The position numbers and the translations under genes are program-made. A DNA stretch of 64,000 bases from Isurus oxyrinchus (Eukaryota): contig JANJGN010000001.1 in NCBI GenBank assembly GCA_026770705.1, forward strand, positions 142,290,001-142,354,000, written 5' to 3'. This document shows positions 51,023 through 60,990 of the stretch, piece by piece (position 1 is the first letter of the stretch; each line of letters opens with the position of its first letter). The notes beneath the pieces are model-generated. The model was given only the letters and a program-made list of their open reading frames with translations. It had not been told where the DNA came from and searched no databases.

Positions 51023-52816
51023 GACAAGGGTGGTGCTGTTGTTGTCTGGCGCACTGACCTCTACCTCGCGGAGGCTGAGCGTCAACTCGCAGACACTTCC
51101 TCCTACCTCTCCCTGGACCATGACCCCACCACTGAACATCAAGCCATTGTTTCCAGGACTGTCACTGACCTCATCTCCTCTGGGGATCTCCCTCCCACAG
51201 CTTCCAACCTGATAGTCGCCCAACCTCGGACGGCCCGCTTCTATCTCCTACCCAAAATCCACAAACAGAACTGCCCTGGTAGACCGATCGTCTCAGCTTG
51301 CTCCTGCCCCACAGAACTCATTTCTCGTTATCTTGACTCCCTTCTCTCTCCCCTTGTCCAGTCCCTTCCCACCTATATCCGTGATTCCTCTGACACCTTA
51401 CGTCACATCAACAATTTCCAGTTCCCTGGCTCCAACCGCTTCCTCTTCACCATGGACGTCCAATCCCTCTACACCTCCATCCCCCACCAGGATGGTCTGA
51501 GGGCCCTTAGCTTCTTCCTCGAACAGAGGCCCGAACAATCCCCATCCACCACTACTCTCCTCCGTCTGGCTGAACTTGTTCTCACGTTGAACAATTTCTC
51601 CTTCAACTCCTCTCACTTTCTCCAAATAAAAGGTGTGGCTATGGGTACCCGCATGGGCCCCAGCTATGCCTGTCTCTTTATGGGGTACGTGGAACATTCC
51701 TTGTTGCAGTCCTACCCCGGCCCCCTTCCACAACTTTTTCTCCGGTACATCGATGATTACTTCGGTGCCGCTTCATGCTCTCGTCGGGACTTGGAAAAAT
51801 TTATTAATTTTGCTTCCAATCTCCACCCCTCCATCATTTTCACGTGGTCCATCTCTGACACTTCCCTTCCCTTCCTTGACCTCTCTGTCTCAATCTCTGG
51901 TGATAGACTGTCCACCAATATCCACTACAAACCCACCGACTCCCACAGCTACCTCGACTACAGCTCCTCACACCCCGCTTCCTGTAAGGACTCCATCCCA
52001 TTCTCCCAGTTCCTTCGCCTTCGTCGCATCTGTTCCGATGATGCTACCTTCAAAAACGGTTCCTCTGACATGTCCTCCTTCTTCCTTGACCGAGGTTTTC
52101 CACCCACGGTCGTTGACAGGGCCCTCAACCGTGTCCGGCCCATCTCCCGCGCATCCGCCCTCACGCCTTCTCCTCCCTCCCAGAAACATGATAGGGTCCC
52201 CCTTGTCCTCACTTATCACCCCACCAGCCTCCCCATTCAAAGGATCATCCTCCGCCATTTCCGCCAACTCCAGCATGATGCCACCACCAAACACATCTTC
52301 CCTTCACCCCCCTTATCGGCATTCCGTAGGGATCGCTCCCTCCGGGACACCCTGGTCCACTCCTCCATCACCCCCTACTCCTCAACCCCCTCCTATGGCA
52401 CCACCCCATGCCCACGCAAAAGACGTAACACCTGCCCCTTCACTTCCTCTCTCCTCACCGTCCAAGGGCCCAAACATTCCTTTCAAGTGAAGCAGCATTT
52501 CACTTGCATTTCCCCCAACTTAGTCTACTGCATTCGTTGCTCCCAATGTGGTCTCCTCTACATTGGAGAGACCAAACGTAAACTGGGCGACCGCTTTGCA
52601 GAACACCTGCGGTCTGTCCGCAAGAATGACCCAAACCTCCCTGTCGCTTGCCATTTTAACACTCCACCCTGCTCTCTTGCCCACATGTCTGTCCTTGGCT
52701 TACTGCATTGTTCCAGTGAAGCCCAACGCAAACTGGAGGAACAACACCTCATCTTCCGACTAGGCACCTTACAGCCTTCCGGTCTGAATATTGAATTCAA
52801 TAACTTTAGGTCGTGA
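51023..52816 (+). CDS. Penelope reverse transcriptase + GIY-YIG endonuclease (uninterrupted, 5'-truncated)
   Basis: DKG, FYLLPKIHK..PGRPIVS, MDVQSLYTSI, GVAMG, RYIDD, LPFLD, linker CPRKRRNTC, NLVYCIRCSQCGLLYIGETKR...RFAEH, GLN. The ORF-track N-terminus (50891-51022) is read-through of SINE sequence. Confidence 0.92.
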   Translation, partial: DKGGAVVVWRTDLYLAEAERQLADTSSYLSLDHDPTTEHQAIVSRTVTDLISSGDLPPTASNLIVAQPRTARFYLLPKIHKQNCPGRPIVSACSCPTELISRYLDSLLSPLVQSLPTYIRDSSDTLRHINNFQFPGSNRFLFTMDVQSLYTSIPHQDGLRALSFFLEQRPEQSPSTTTLLRLAELVLTLNNFSFNSSHFLQIKGVAMGTRMGPSYACLFMGYVEHSLLQSYPGPLPQLFLRYIDDYFGAASCSRRDLEKFINFASNLHPSIIFTWSISDTSLPFLDLSVSISGDRLSTNIHYKPTDSHSYLDYSSSHPASCKDSIPFSQFLRLRRICSDDATFKNGSSDMSSFFLDRGFPPTVVDRALNRVRPISRASALTPSPPSQKHDRVPLVLTYHPTSLPIQRIILRHFRQLQHDATTKHIFPSPPLSAFRRDRSLRDTLVHSSITPYSSTPSYGTTPCPRKRRNTCPFTSSLLTVQGPKHSFQVKQHFTCISPNLVYCIRCSQCGLLYIGETKRKLGDRFAEHLRSVRKNDPNLPVACHFNTPPCSLAHMSVLGLLHCSSEAQRKLEEQHLIFRLGTLQPSGLNIEFNNFRS

Positions 52817-53371
52817 GCTCCCTCCCCCATCCCCACCCCCTTTCTGTTTCCCCCTTTTTTTCCCCCCTTTTTTTTCCCAATACATTTTATAGATTTTTCT
52901 TTTCCCACCTATTTCCATTATTTTTAAATATTTTAAAATCTTTTATGCTCCCCCCACCCCCACTAGAGCTGTACCTTGAGTGCCCTACCATCTATTCTTA
53001 ATTAGCACATTCGTTTAGATAATATCACCAACTTTAACTTTAACACCTATGTGTTCTTTTGCACCATTGTCACTGACATCTTTTGATGATCTGCTTCTAT
53101 CACTGCTTGTTTGTCTACACAAGCACCTCTGTCTCTCTCTCTCTCTCACCGCCCCCCCCCCCCCCCCTCCACACACACACACACACACACCTTAAACCAG
53201 CTTATATTTCAACTCTTTCTTGGACTCGAAATCAAGTTCTGTCGAAGGGTCATGAGGACTCGAAACGTCAACTCTTTTCTTCTCCGCCGATGCTGCCAGA
53301 CCTGCTGAGTTTTTCCAGGTAATTCTGTTTTTGTTTTGGATTTCCAGCATCCGCAGTTTTCTTTGTTTTCA
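51025..53371 (+). mobile_element. Young 5'-truncated Penelope-like retroelement (Neptune-type), copy 1
   Basis: RT+GIY-YIG ORF and pLTR with hammerhead. TSD TCTCCATAGA at 51015-51024 and 53372-53381. Confidence 0.93.
53235..53273 (+). ncRNA. Minimal type-I hammerhead ribozyme (variant core CUGUCGA)
   Basis: AGUU-CUGUCGA-A-GGGUC-augag-GACUC-GAA-ACGU-C-AACU. Predicted cleavage after GUC at 53269. Confidence 0.7.
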
Positions 53372-54759
53372 TCTCCATAGATATTGCCTGACCTGTTGAC
53401 CTGATTGTGCTTTATGAGCATATGATGAAAAGGTCTAGGCCTCATTTGGAAATTGAACCATTTACACTACTAGTTGTGTGCAGGCTCATTTGCTACCCTC
53501 ATCACAATCAGTCTCCAAGGACCACCTACCAATATGGAATGGAGAAACAAGCCATGGGTAAAGTGAATAAACAACCAGTGTAATCGGGTTGACATCCTGC
53601 TTGCTTATTCTCAGAAACCCAGGCTGAAGGCCAAATCCATTGGACTGATTGATTTCCAGCATTTTCTGTTTTTAGACTTTTGTGTCTCTGGACTATTATG
53701 GGTAACTTTGTTTTCAAATATGTGAAGAATTAATGTTGTTCGGAAGGTCTTCATGATATTGGAGACTGGGAAGGGAAGCATGAGTCTGGATTGAATGAAC
53801 TGAAGGATACAAGAGGGTGAGGGAGGTTCTATACAGAAATAAACTCATAACCAGAGATAACAATGAAGAACTCATGAAGCAAACAATTAAACACAACTTA
53901 AGGAATTACTGCATCATTCACAGGGGGTATACCCAAGAGAAGGTCAACAGGAGGAATTTTACGCCTTTAAGGTTAACTCCAGGAAGAAGGTTTCACCTGC
54001 TGTAATCGTTTTCCGATTGACAAGAAGCTATTAAAGTGGATTTAGTGCAAGTAAGTGTAAACAGAAAAATGTCACTGCGGCAGAGTTCTAGGAACGAGTG
54101 GGATCAATGAGGGTTAATGAGGCAGTGGGGGTGCGGTGGTATGGATGCAGTGGAGGCATTTAGGCAGGATTTGAACAAGAAGAGTCAGATTGCAGGAAAT
54201 GAACTATCTTTTCACATTCTTGTATTCTTATCACTGAATTGCAGTCTGATATTTTCTCAAAAATTGTGCAGTTGGCAACGTTCCAGAGATCACAAAGGTT
54301 CTAATTTGAAGGAATGTTGGTGACTGCATTGCTTTTAAGATCACTTCCGAAATGATTGCTTCCTTTTCAGCAGGCATCATTTAAAAGTCCAGGTACCTCT
54401 GGCACTTTACATTACCTTAAATAAGTAATTTCCTGTCAAACATAAAATTTAAATGAAGCTCTTCCCGAATGCTAGGCTGGAGAAATGCGAATTGTTAGAT
54501 TTACAAAACTGCAGATAGAAAGTGATGGTGAACAGCACATTGGGGGTGCTCCACTGGGGCCATTGTGCCCTTGGTTCTGGAATGGAGAGATAGCGTTTGA
54601 TGCTGGGCTTGTGTTCACCTGGAGACCGATGTTCTGATTCCTAAGCTCAATCTGTCCTATATCCCTCACTTTCACTGTGCATTACACCCGCCCAGTCCAC
54701 ATTTTCTACTCTGAGACTCAGAGCACCATCACTGCGGAGTGCTGCATAATGCAGTCTGT

Positions 54760-55260
54760 CCGCCATTTACCAGGCACAAGTCAGGAGTGTGATGGAATAT
54801 TCTCCACTTGCCAGGATTAGTGCCAGCTCCCACAACACTAAGGAAACTTAATACAGCCAGGACAAAGCAGCCCATTTGGTTGGCACCACATCCAACAGCT
54901 TAAATATTCACACCCTCCATCACTGGTGTACCATGGCATCTTCAAGACCCATTGCAGCATCTCGTCAAGGCTCTTTCAACAAATCTGCGACTACTACCAC
55001 CCAGAAGAACAAGGGCAGTAGATGCATGGGAACACCACTGTCTGCAAGTTCCCATCCAAGCCACACACCACCCTGAGTGAAATTATATTGTCATTCCTTC
55101 ATTATGGCTAGGTTAAAATCCTGGGACTCCCTTCCTAACAGCACTATGGACTGCAGTGGTTCAAGAAGGCACTCTCGTCACATTCTCATGGGCAGTTAGA
55201 GATGGGCAAAAATGCAGGCTTACCTAGTGAAGCTCACATCCCATGAATGAATAAATGAAA
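54760..55260 (+). mobile_element. CR1/L2-clade LINE 3' fragment
   Basis: caagtcaggagtgtgatggaatattctccacttgcc ... cacatcccatgaatgaataaa. Confidence 0.8.
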
Positions 55261-55604
55261 AAAAAAAGATGGATGCTTAGGGTGGAATTTAATGTCCTTC
55301 CCTGAGGCAAGTTTGGAAGCAGGGGAATTTAATTGGTTTGGCCACTTGTCCTGATTAAGCCTGGGAAGGGGAGGGTTTAAACTAGATGGGCAGGAGAATG
55401 GGAACCGGAGTGGGAAGACACAAGAGAGGGAAACAAAGATAGGAGTGAAAGGCAGAAAAGTAGAAAACAAACGTGGAAGGCAAAGGGAACAAGGGCTAGC
55501 AGCAAAAAGGGCCATAGTACAAAAAAATGGGTAAAAATATTCAAAAGACAAGCCTAAAGGTATCTGAATGCATGGAGCATTCGCAATAAGGTGGATGAAA
55601 TTTT

Positions 55605-56110
55605 TAAAATTCATTCACAGGCTGTGGGCTTCACTGGCTGGGCCAGCATTTATTGCCCATTCTTAGTTGCCCTTGAGAAGGTGGCGGTGAGCTGCCTTCT
55701 TGAACTGCTGCAGTCCCCATGGTGTAGGTACACCCACAGTGCTGTTAGGAAGAGAGTTCCAGGATTTTGACCCAGCGACAGTGAAGGAATGGTGATATAT
55801 TGCCAAGTCAGGATGGTGAGTGACTTAAAGGAGAACTTCCAGTTGGTGGTGTTCCCATCTATCTGCTGTCCTTGTCCTTCGAGACGGTAGTGGTCATGGG
55901 TTTGGAAGGTGCTGTCGAAGAAGCCTTGGTGAATTCCTGCAGTGCATCTTGTAGATGGTACACACTGCTACTATTGTGCGTTGGTGGTGGAGGGAGTGAA
56001 TGTTTGTGGATCAATCAAGTGGCTTTGTCCTAGATGGTATCAAGCTTCTTGAGTGTTTTGGGAGCTGCACTCATCCAGGCAAGTGGGGAGTATTCCATCA
56101 CACTCCTGAC
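55605..56110 (-). mobile_element. CR1/L2-clade LINE 3' fragment (inverted relative to 54760)
   Basis: ttcattcacaggctgtgggc ... ggggagtattccatcacactcctgac. Confidence 0.8.
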
Positions 56111-56859
56111 AGCGCAAATAGATGTAAACAGGTATGATATGTCTGTGATTATGGAGGTTTAGCTGCAGGATGACCAAGGTTGGGAACTGAATATCCAAGG
56201 GTAGTTGCTATTTAGGACGGACAGGCAAAAAGGAAAAGGAGGTGATGTAGTGTTGTTAGTTAAGGATGAAGTCAGAGCAATAGTGAGAGAGGATATTGGC
56301 TCAGAAAAATCAAGATGTAGGATCAGTCTGTGTGGAGCTAAGAAGCAACAACGGGCAGAAAACATTAGTGGGAGTCGTCTATAAGCCTCCGAACAGTAGT
56401 GATAAGGTAGGGGAAGTCATTAAGCAGGAAATTAGAGATGCCTGTAACAAGGATGCTACATATAGGCTGGGCAAATCAATTTAGCAATAATACTGTGGTG
56501 GATGAATTCCTGGGCTATGTACGAGATTTTTTTTTAGATTAGAGGAACCGACTAGGGAACAGGCTATCCTAGATTTGGTATTGTGCAATGAGAAGGGGTT
56601 AATTAGTAATCTTGTTGTGCAGTGTCCCTTAGGGGACAATGACCACAAAATGATATAATTCTTCATTAGGATGCAAAGTGAAGTAGGCAGAACAATTACT
56701 TTAGTTCTGTCTTCTCGGAGGAAGAGGCAAATAACTTCCCAGTTATCTTCCCCAGGGTCTAGTGAGAAGGAGGGATTGAAGGAAACTAGTATTACTAAAA
56801 CAATAATGCTGGAGAAATTAATGGGACTGAAAGCTGATAAATCCCCAGGGCCTGATAAT

Positions 56860-58359
56860 CTCATTTCTCGTTATCTTGACTCCCTTCTCTCTCCCCTTGT
56901 CCAGTCCCTTCCCACTTACATCCGTGATTCCTCTGACACCTTACATCACATCAACAATTTCCAGTTCCCTGGCCCCAACCGCTTCCTCTTCACCATGGAC
57001 GTCCAATCCCTCTACACCTCCATCCCCCACCAGCATGGTCTGAGGGCCCTTAGCTTCTTCCTCGAACAGAGGCCCGAACAATCCCCATCCACCACTACTC
57101 TCCTCCGTCTGGCTGAACTTGTTCTCACGTTGAACAATTTCTCCTTCAACTCCTCTCACTTTCTCCAAATAAAAGGTGTGGCTATGGGTACCCGCATGGG
57201 CCCCAGCTATGCCTGTCTCTTTATGGGGTATGTGGAACATTCCTTGTTGCAGTCCTACTCCGGCCCCCTTCCACAACTTTTTCTCCGGTACATCGATGAT
57301 TACTTCGGTGCCGCTTCATTCTCTTGTTGGGACTTGGAAAAATTTATTAATTTTGCTTCCAATCTCCACCCCTCCATCATTTTCACGTGGTCCATCTCTG
57401 ACACTTCCCTTCCCTTCCTTGACCTCTCTGTCTCAATCTCTGGTGATAGACTGTCCACCAATATCCATTACAAACCCACCGACTCCCACAGCTACCTCGA
57501 CTACTGCTCCTCACACTCCGCTTCCTGTAAGGACTCCATCCCATTCTCCCAGTTCCTTCACCTTCGTCGCATCTGTTCCTATGATGCTACCTTCAAAAAC
57601 GGTTCCTCTGACATGTCCTCCTTCTTCCTTAACCGAGGTTTTCCACCCACGGTCGTTGACAGGGCCCTCAACCGTGTCCGGCCCATCTCCCGCGCATCCG
57701 CCCTCACGCCTTCTCCTCCCTCCCAGAAACATGATAGGGTCCCCCTTGTCCTCACTTATCACCCCACTAGCCTCCGCATTCAAAGGATCATCCTCCGCCA
57801 TTTCCACCAACTCCAGCATGATGCCACCACCAAACACATCTTCCCTTCACCCCCCTTATCGGCATTCCGTAGGGATCGCTCCCTCCGGGACACCCTGGTC
57901 CACTCCTCCATCACCCCCTACTCCTCAACCCCCTCCTATGGCACCACCCCATGCCCACGCAAAAGATGTAACACCTGCCCCTTCACTTCCTCTCTCCTCA
58001 CCGTCCAAGGGCCCAAACACTCCTTTCAAGTGAAGCAGCATTTCACTTGCATTTCCCCCAACTTAGTCTACTGCATTCGTTGCTCCCAATGTGGTCTCCT
58101 CTACATTGGAGAGACCAAACGTAAACTGGGCGACCGCTTTGCACAACACCTGCGGTCTGTCTGCAAGAATGACCCAAACCTCCCTGTCGCTTGCCATTTT
58201 AACACTCCACCCTGCTCTCTTGCCCACATGTCTGTCCTTGGCTTGCTGCATTGTTCCAGTGAAGTCCAACGCAAACTGGAGGAACAACACCTCATTTTCC
58301 GACTAGGCACCTTACAGCCTTCCGGACTGAATATTGAATTCAACAACTTTAGGTCATGA
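56860..58359 (+). CDS. Penelope RT + GIY-YIG endonuclease (uninterrupted, 5'-truncated; in frame with upstream CR1 sequence)
   Basis: MDVQSLYTSI, RYIDD, CPRKRCNTC, VYCIRCSQCGLLYIGETKR. Confidence 0.9.
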   Translation, partial: LISRYLDSLLSPLVQSLPTYIRDSSDTLHHINNFQFPGPNRFLFTMDVQSLYTSIPHQHGLRALSFFLEQRPEQSPSTTTLLRLAELVLTLNNFSFNSSHFLQIKGVAMGTRMGPSYACLFMGYVEHSLLQSYSGPLPQLFLRYIDDYFGAASFSCWDLEKFINFASNLHPSIIFTWSISDTSLPFLDLSVSISGDRLSTNIHYKPTDSHSYLDYCSSHSASCKDSIPFSQFLHLRRICSYDATFKNGSSDMSSFFLNRGFPPTVVDRALNRVRPISRASALTPSPPSQKHDRVPLVLTYHPTSLRIQRIILRHFHQLQHDATTKHIFPSPPLSAFRRDRSLRDTLVHSSITPYSSTPSYGTTPCPRKRCNTCPFTSSLLTVQGPKHSFQVKQHFTCISPNLVYCIRCSQCGLLYIGETKRKLGDRFAQHLRSVCKNDPNLPVACHFNTPPCSLAHMSVLGLLHCSSEVQRKLEEQHLIFRLGTLQPSGLNIEFNNFRS

Positions 58360-58853
58360 GCTCCCTCCCCCATCCCCACCCCCTTTCTGTTTCCCCCTTT
58401 TTTTTCCCAATAAATTATATAGATTTTTCTTTTCCCACCTATTTCCATTATTTTTAAATATTTTAAAATCTTTTATGCTCCCTCCACCCCCACTAGAGCT
58501 GTACCTTGAGTGCCCTACCATCCATTCTTAATTAGCACATTCGTTTAGATAATATCACCAACTTTAACTTTAACAGCTATGTGTTCTATTGTACCATTGT
58601 CGTTGACATCTTTTGATGATCTGCTTCTATCACTGCTTGTTTGTCCACACAACCACACACCCCCCCACCTCTCTCTCTCTCTCTCTCTCCGCCCCCCACA
58701 CACACACCTTAAACCAGCTTATATTTCAACTCTTTCTTGGACTCGAAACCAAGTTCTGTCGAAGGGTCATGAGGACTCGAAACGTCAGCTCTTTTCTTCT
58801 CCGCCGATGCTGCCAGACCTGCTGAGTTTTTCCAGGTAATTCTGTTTTTGTTT
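56862..58853 (+). mobile_element. Young 5'-truncated Penelope-like retroelement, copy 2
   Basis: About 98% identical to copy 1 by eye. TSD CCTGATAATCT at 56851-56861 and 58854-58864. Confidence 0.93.
58752..58790 (+). ncRNA. Minimal type-I hammerhead ribozyme (variant core CUGUCGA), copy 2
   Basis: Identical to 53235-53273 except AACU>AGCU, which keeps helix I through a U-G wobble. Confidence 0.7.
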
Positions 58854-60394
58854 CCTGATAATCTACATCCCAGGGTACTATAGAAGGTGCCCATGGAAAT
58901 AGTAGATGTGTTGGTTGTCATCTTCCAGAATTCTTTAGATTTTGGAACAGTACCGGCAGATTGGAGGGTGACAAATGTAACCCCATTATTTAAAAAAGGA
59001 GAGAGGGGAAAAAACATCAAATTACAAATCAGTTAGCCTAACATCAGTAGGAGGGAAAACGCTAGAGCCTGTTATAAAGGATGTGATAACAGGACACTTG
59101 GAAATATCAACATGATTAGATACAGTCAACATGGATTTATGAATGGGAAATCGTGTTTGAAAAACCTACTGGAGTTTTTTGAGGATGTAACTAGCAGAAT
59201 AGATAAGGGAGAACCAGTGGATGTGGTGTGTTTGGATTTTCAGAAAGTTTTGATAAAGTCCCACATAGGAGGTTAGTTTGTAAAATTAGAGCACATGGGA
59301 TTGGAGGTAATATATTGGCATGGATTGGTTAGCAGACAGGAAACAGAGACTAGGAATAAATGGGTCTTTTTCATATGGCAAGTGGTGACTAGTCGGCTAC
59401 CACAGGGATCAGTGCTTGGGCCCCAACTATTCACAATATATATCAATGATATGGATGAAGGGACCAAATGTTATATTTCCAAGTTTGCCGATGACACAAA
59501 ACTTGGTGGGAATGTGAGCAATGAGGAAGGTGTTAAGAGGCTGCAAGTTGATTTACACAGGTTGAGTGAGTGGGCAAATATATGGCAGATGAAATATAAC
59601 ATGGATAAGTGTGAAGTTATCCACTTTAGTAGGAAAAACAGAATGGCAGAGTATTATTTAAATGGTGATAGATTGGGAAATGTTGATGTACAAAGGGATC
59701 TGGGTGTCCTTGTACACCAATCACTGAAAGCAAGCACGCAGATGCAGCAAGCAGTTACGAAGGCAAATGCTATGTTGGCCTTCATTGTGAGAGGACTTGA
59801 GTACAGGAGCAAGGATGTCTTACTGCAGCTGTACAGGGCCTTGGTGAGACCACACCTGGAGTATTGTGTGCAGTTTTGGTTTCCTTACCTAAGAAAAGAT
59901 ATACTTGCCATAGAGCAAGTGCAGCAAAGGTTCAGCAGACTGATTCTGGGGTAGCGGGATTGTCGTATGAGGAGAGATTGGGCCAACTAGGCCTGTATTC
60001 ACTGGAGTCTAGAAGAATGAGAGGGGATCTCATTGAAACATTTAAAATTCTGACCGGGATGGACAGACTGGATGCAGGGATGATTTTTCCTTTGGTTGGG
60101 GGTCTAGAACAACGGGTCACAGTCTGAAGATACATTTAGGAATGAGATGAGGAGAAACATCTTCACTCAGAAGAATTCTCTACCACAGCAGGCTGTAGAG
60201 GCCACATCACTGAATATATTAAAGAAAGAAATAGATTCCTGGACTGTGAAGGCATCAAGGAGTTTGGCGAGAGAGTGGGAGTATGATGTTGAGATGCAGG
60301 ATCAGCCATGATCATATTGAATGGCAGAGCAGGCTCGAAGGGCCGAATGGCCTACTCCTGCTCCTATTTTCTATGCTTTTACGTTTCTCACCCT

Positions 60395-60990
60395 GCTGCC
60401 AACTGAGACATGTAAGTGGTTAATTAATGCCCATTTAAGGGTCTCATCCTGCAGTCATTGCTATTTAACAGTGGCGGACGAGGCAGTCGTCACAGTTGAA
60501 GCCCGATGGCAAAACCTGGCGTGTTTGCTTGCAGGCTCCCGGTGTGGTGGGGGAGGGATGTGGCGGGGGAGGGGGTCCCTTATTCAAACGCATTCAGTGC
60601 CTGAATGAGGGGCCCGGCGTTGGAAAGTGGGGTGTGGTTTGCTGAGAACCATCCCCTTTCCCTTGCTGTCATCTCCCCTCATCTCTCGCCCTGCAACTGT
60701 CATCCTGCCCACACTCACCCTTGGGTCTCTGTGATTCTAGGCCTCTCCCTTGGTGCATTAATAGCAACACATCCACTGCTCCTCCAGTGGCGCTGTCTGC
60801 AATGCACAGATGCCGGCCTCTGGTTGGCAGCCAACTCTTGGGATGCAGAATTTCCAGCCCCAGCGTCCTTAATCCTTGGGAAGGCTCGTTGCTGTCCACT
60901 TAAGTGCCTAAGATGCACTTAAATCTGGCATGCCTTCCCCAAAGGAGGCGGCACAGGGCTCCTGTTGGCTCTCCAGCCGGTGGCCAGTTC
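60395..60990. mobile_element. GC-rich MITE-like fragment
   Basis: Shares motifs (aagtggttaattaatgccc, ccacttaagtgcc) with other MITE-like inserts. Ends not resolved. Confidence 0.4.

Larger units (their letters stand above)
56110..60380 (+). mobile_element. CR1 LINE ORF2 (APE remnant, internal deletion, RT, 3' UTR), interrupted by Penelope copy 2
   Basis: VGVVYKPPNS (APE), LKADKSPGPD, GLPQGSVLGPQLFTIYIND, KFADDTKL, LVRPHLEYCVQFW. Frameshifted. Confidence 0.9.

Noticed and set aside
51633-52490. 285-aa Pro/Ser-rich overlapping ORF, repeated at 57176-58033
   Set aside because: Shadow frame of the C-rich Penelope ORF. The repetition only reflects copy identity.
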